Shown: in pieces, positions 33,423 to 34,877 of the stretch
How positions within the stretch are numbered: the stretch's first letter is position 1
How the letters are laid out: the number at the start of each line of letters is the position of its first letter
Assembly (NCBI RefSeq): GCF_000315625.1
Contig: NW_005434571.1
Location: 191,121-225,997 of the forward strand
Direction of reading: 5' to 3'
Length of the DNA stretch: 34,877 nucleotides
DNA from: Guillardia theta CCMP2712
Lineage: Eukaryota > Protista > Cryptophyta
Notes under the pieces: model-generated
Seen by the model: only the letters and a program-made list of their open reading frames with translations
What the model was told of the DNA's origin: nothing
The model's database searches: none
Made by a program: the position numbers and the translations under genes

Positions 33423-33914
33423 AGGGGTCAAATGGGGACAGTGAACCAACTTTGAAGGGTGACATGGTTGTTTTTCAGTTTCAAATTGCATCATCTTGAT
33501 GGTAGGGTACACTACCCCTACCCTGATAGAATACAAATTCAGATGCTAGCTAGGTGTGTGACTGGGTGCAAAGTTTGTGGCACAAAAAAAACACTGAAAT
33601 GCCCCGGGGCTGGCAGTCCGGGCCCGGGCCCGGTAGAAGACCCGTTCTAGTATCCTCCAAAGTTATCCTCCCTTCCAGAAGGCCGCATAGCATGGCAGCT
33701 TCCCCACAACAAGAAGGCGAGAATGGCTGGAGGAAGCGCGAGCATTGAGGGCGAGGAGAATAACCACAGGAGGAAGAAGTTGGCATGTTGTAGTCCATGG
33801 AAGAACCACCTGACGATGCTTTATAGGGTCACGCTAGGCGGGCAAGAGGGGAGTGACCTGATGGCAAGGAAAGACATCTGACTTGCATACGACTCTTCCT
33901 TGGGACTTCAGAAG

Positions 33915-34877
33915 ATGCAGCGAGGAATTTTTCTATCCTGCCTCCTCCTCCTCCAGACTGTCTCGGCCTACCGTCTTTCGATCCTTCTCGAGCTGCCATG
34001 CCAAGGATGCGCCTCCTTCGTTCCCCAGCGAACTGCCTCCTGTGCAGAGGCAGCCAAGGCCGGGGCCGGTCTCGGCATGCTCAGAATGGATCGATCGAGA
34101 GAGAGGATGCTGAAACTACGAGGGGGAGGAAGCGACGAGTATGACTGGCTTGCACGCTTGTGTCGATGTTGATCCTCCTTCCTGTTCAGTATGAGCAACA
34201 ACAGCATAGCGGCGGCGGAAGGAGCAGAGACAGGTTTGTGGGAGAGGCATGGCTGTTTAGCGGTTGCTGATAGGTGTTGGTGAATGCTGCAGGTAAGCCG
34301 TCAAGGGAGAAGCGGGAGGTGACTTGTGGAGATCGGGAAGGAGGAGAAGGAGTCTTGCGAGCATCTGCGAACATGTAGGAAGGAGTTTAAGGGTGCTGTA
34401 GCTGAAGTTGGCTGGACAGAGGCCAGACGGAGGAGCACGAGAACAAGGGACAAGAGGAACAAGAGCCTGCTGAAGGATGTATGCACAACGCTTCTGTTCC
34501 ACCCTGCACTCCCTTCACGTTCCAATCTTATCCCTTGTCACATCATGGTTGGCATCTAAACCTTTCGACAATTCGTTCTTGTTTATCAACATTTCTCCCT
34601 TTCTTACTCTGTCTGGTGTTCTGTCTTCATAATGTCTTATTCGTCTTTCCTCGTTAGCATGCGTCTGATTTCTCCCAGGCGCTGCGCCCGCGGAATGCGA
34701 GCAGGAGGGGATGTATCCGTTGAGGAGAACGACGAATCTTGGTATCGTTAAGACGAACAGGGGGAGAAGGAAGCACGAAGAATCGATGTCAGAGGCAGAG
34801 TCACAAGAGGAGGATTTGATGATTTAGCAGGGGGTGGAGATGGGGGAGAGGGAGGAGGGGAGGAGGGGAGGAGGGGG
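33915..34877 (+). CDS. 5' part of a multi-exon gene with signal peptide + transit-like leader ending LKLRGG
   Basis: MQRGIFLSCLLLLQTVSA...ASF...RMLKLRGGGSD, then a GT donor near 34139 and further GT-AG exons; runs off the window. Confidence 0.6.

Overview
Eukaryotic nuclear DNA, most likely from a cryptophyte alga (Guillardia/Hanusia-like). This is inferred from many short GT-AG introns with CTGAC-type branch points, intronic GA/CAT microsatellites and a signal peptide + LRGG leader. There are two assembly gaps. Intron-rich host genes reconstructed by hand: an MgtE-type Mg2+ transporter with an atypical N-terminus (242-6110), a PAS-like protein, a Cys-rich type I membrane protein, a signal-anchored hypothetical, an ankyrin-repeat protein, a small hypothetical and a partial LRGG-leader gene. 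Two intron-free, microsatellite-free islands interrupt them. Island 1 (~7600-10340) is a GC-rich scrambled block, a 23-nt motif, and a receptor-like ORF with 20 Cys repeats + TM + RING + second Zn module. Island 2 (~23060-33090) holds a CRE-like non-LTR retrotransposon cut inside RT, a gag-only LTR-type element with an intact -1 frameshift cassette but no pol, a second GC scrambled block with the same motif, a broken TNFR/GCC2_GCC3 Cys-rich ORF, an orphan gene tail, and a Z1-type SF2 helicase with a C-terminal winged helix. All domain calls are by eye; no searches were run.
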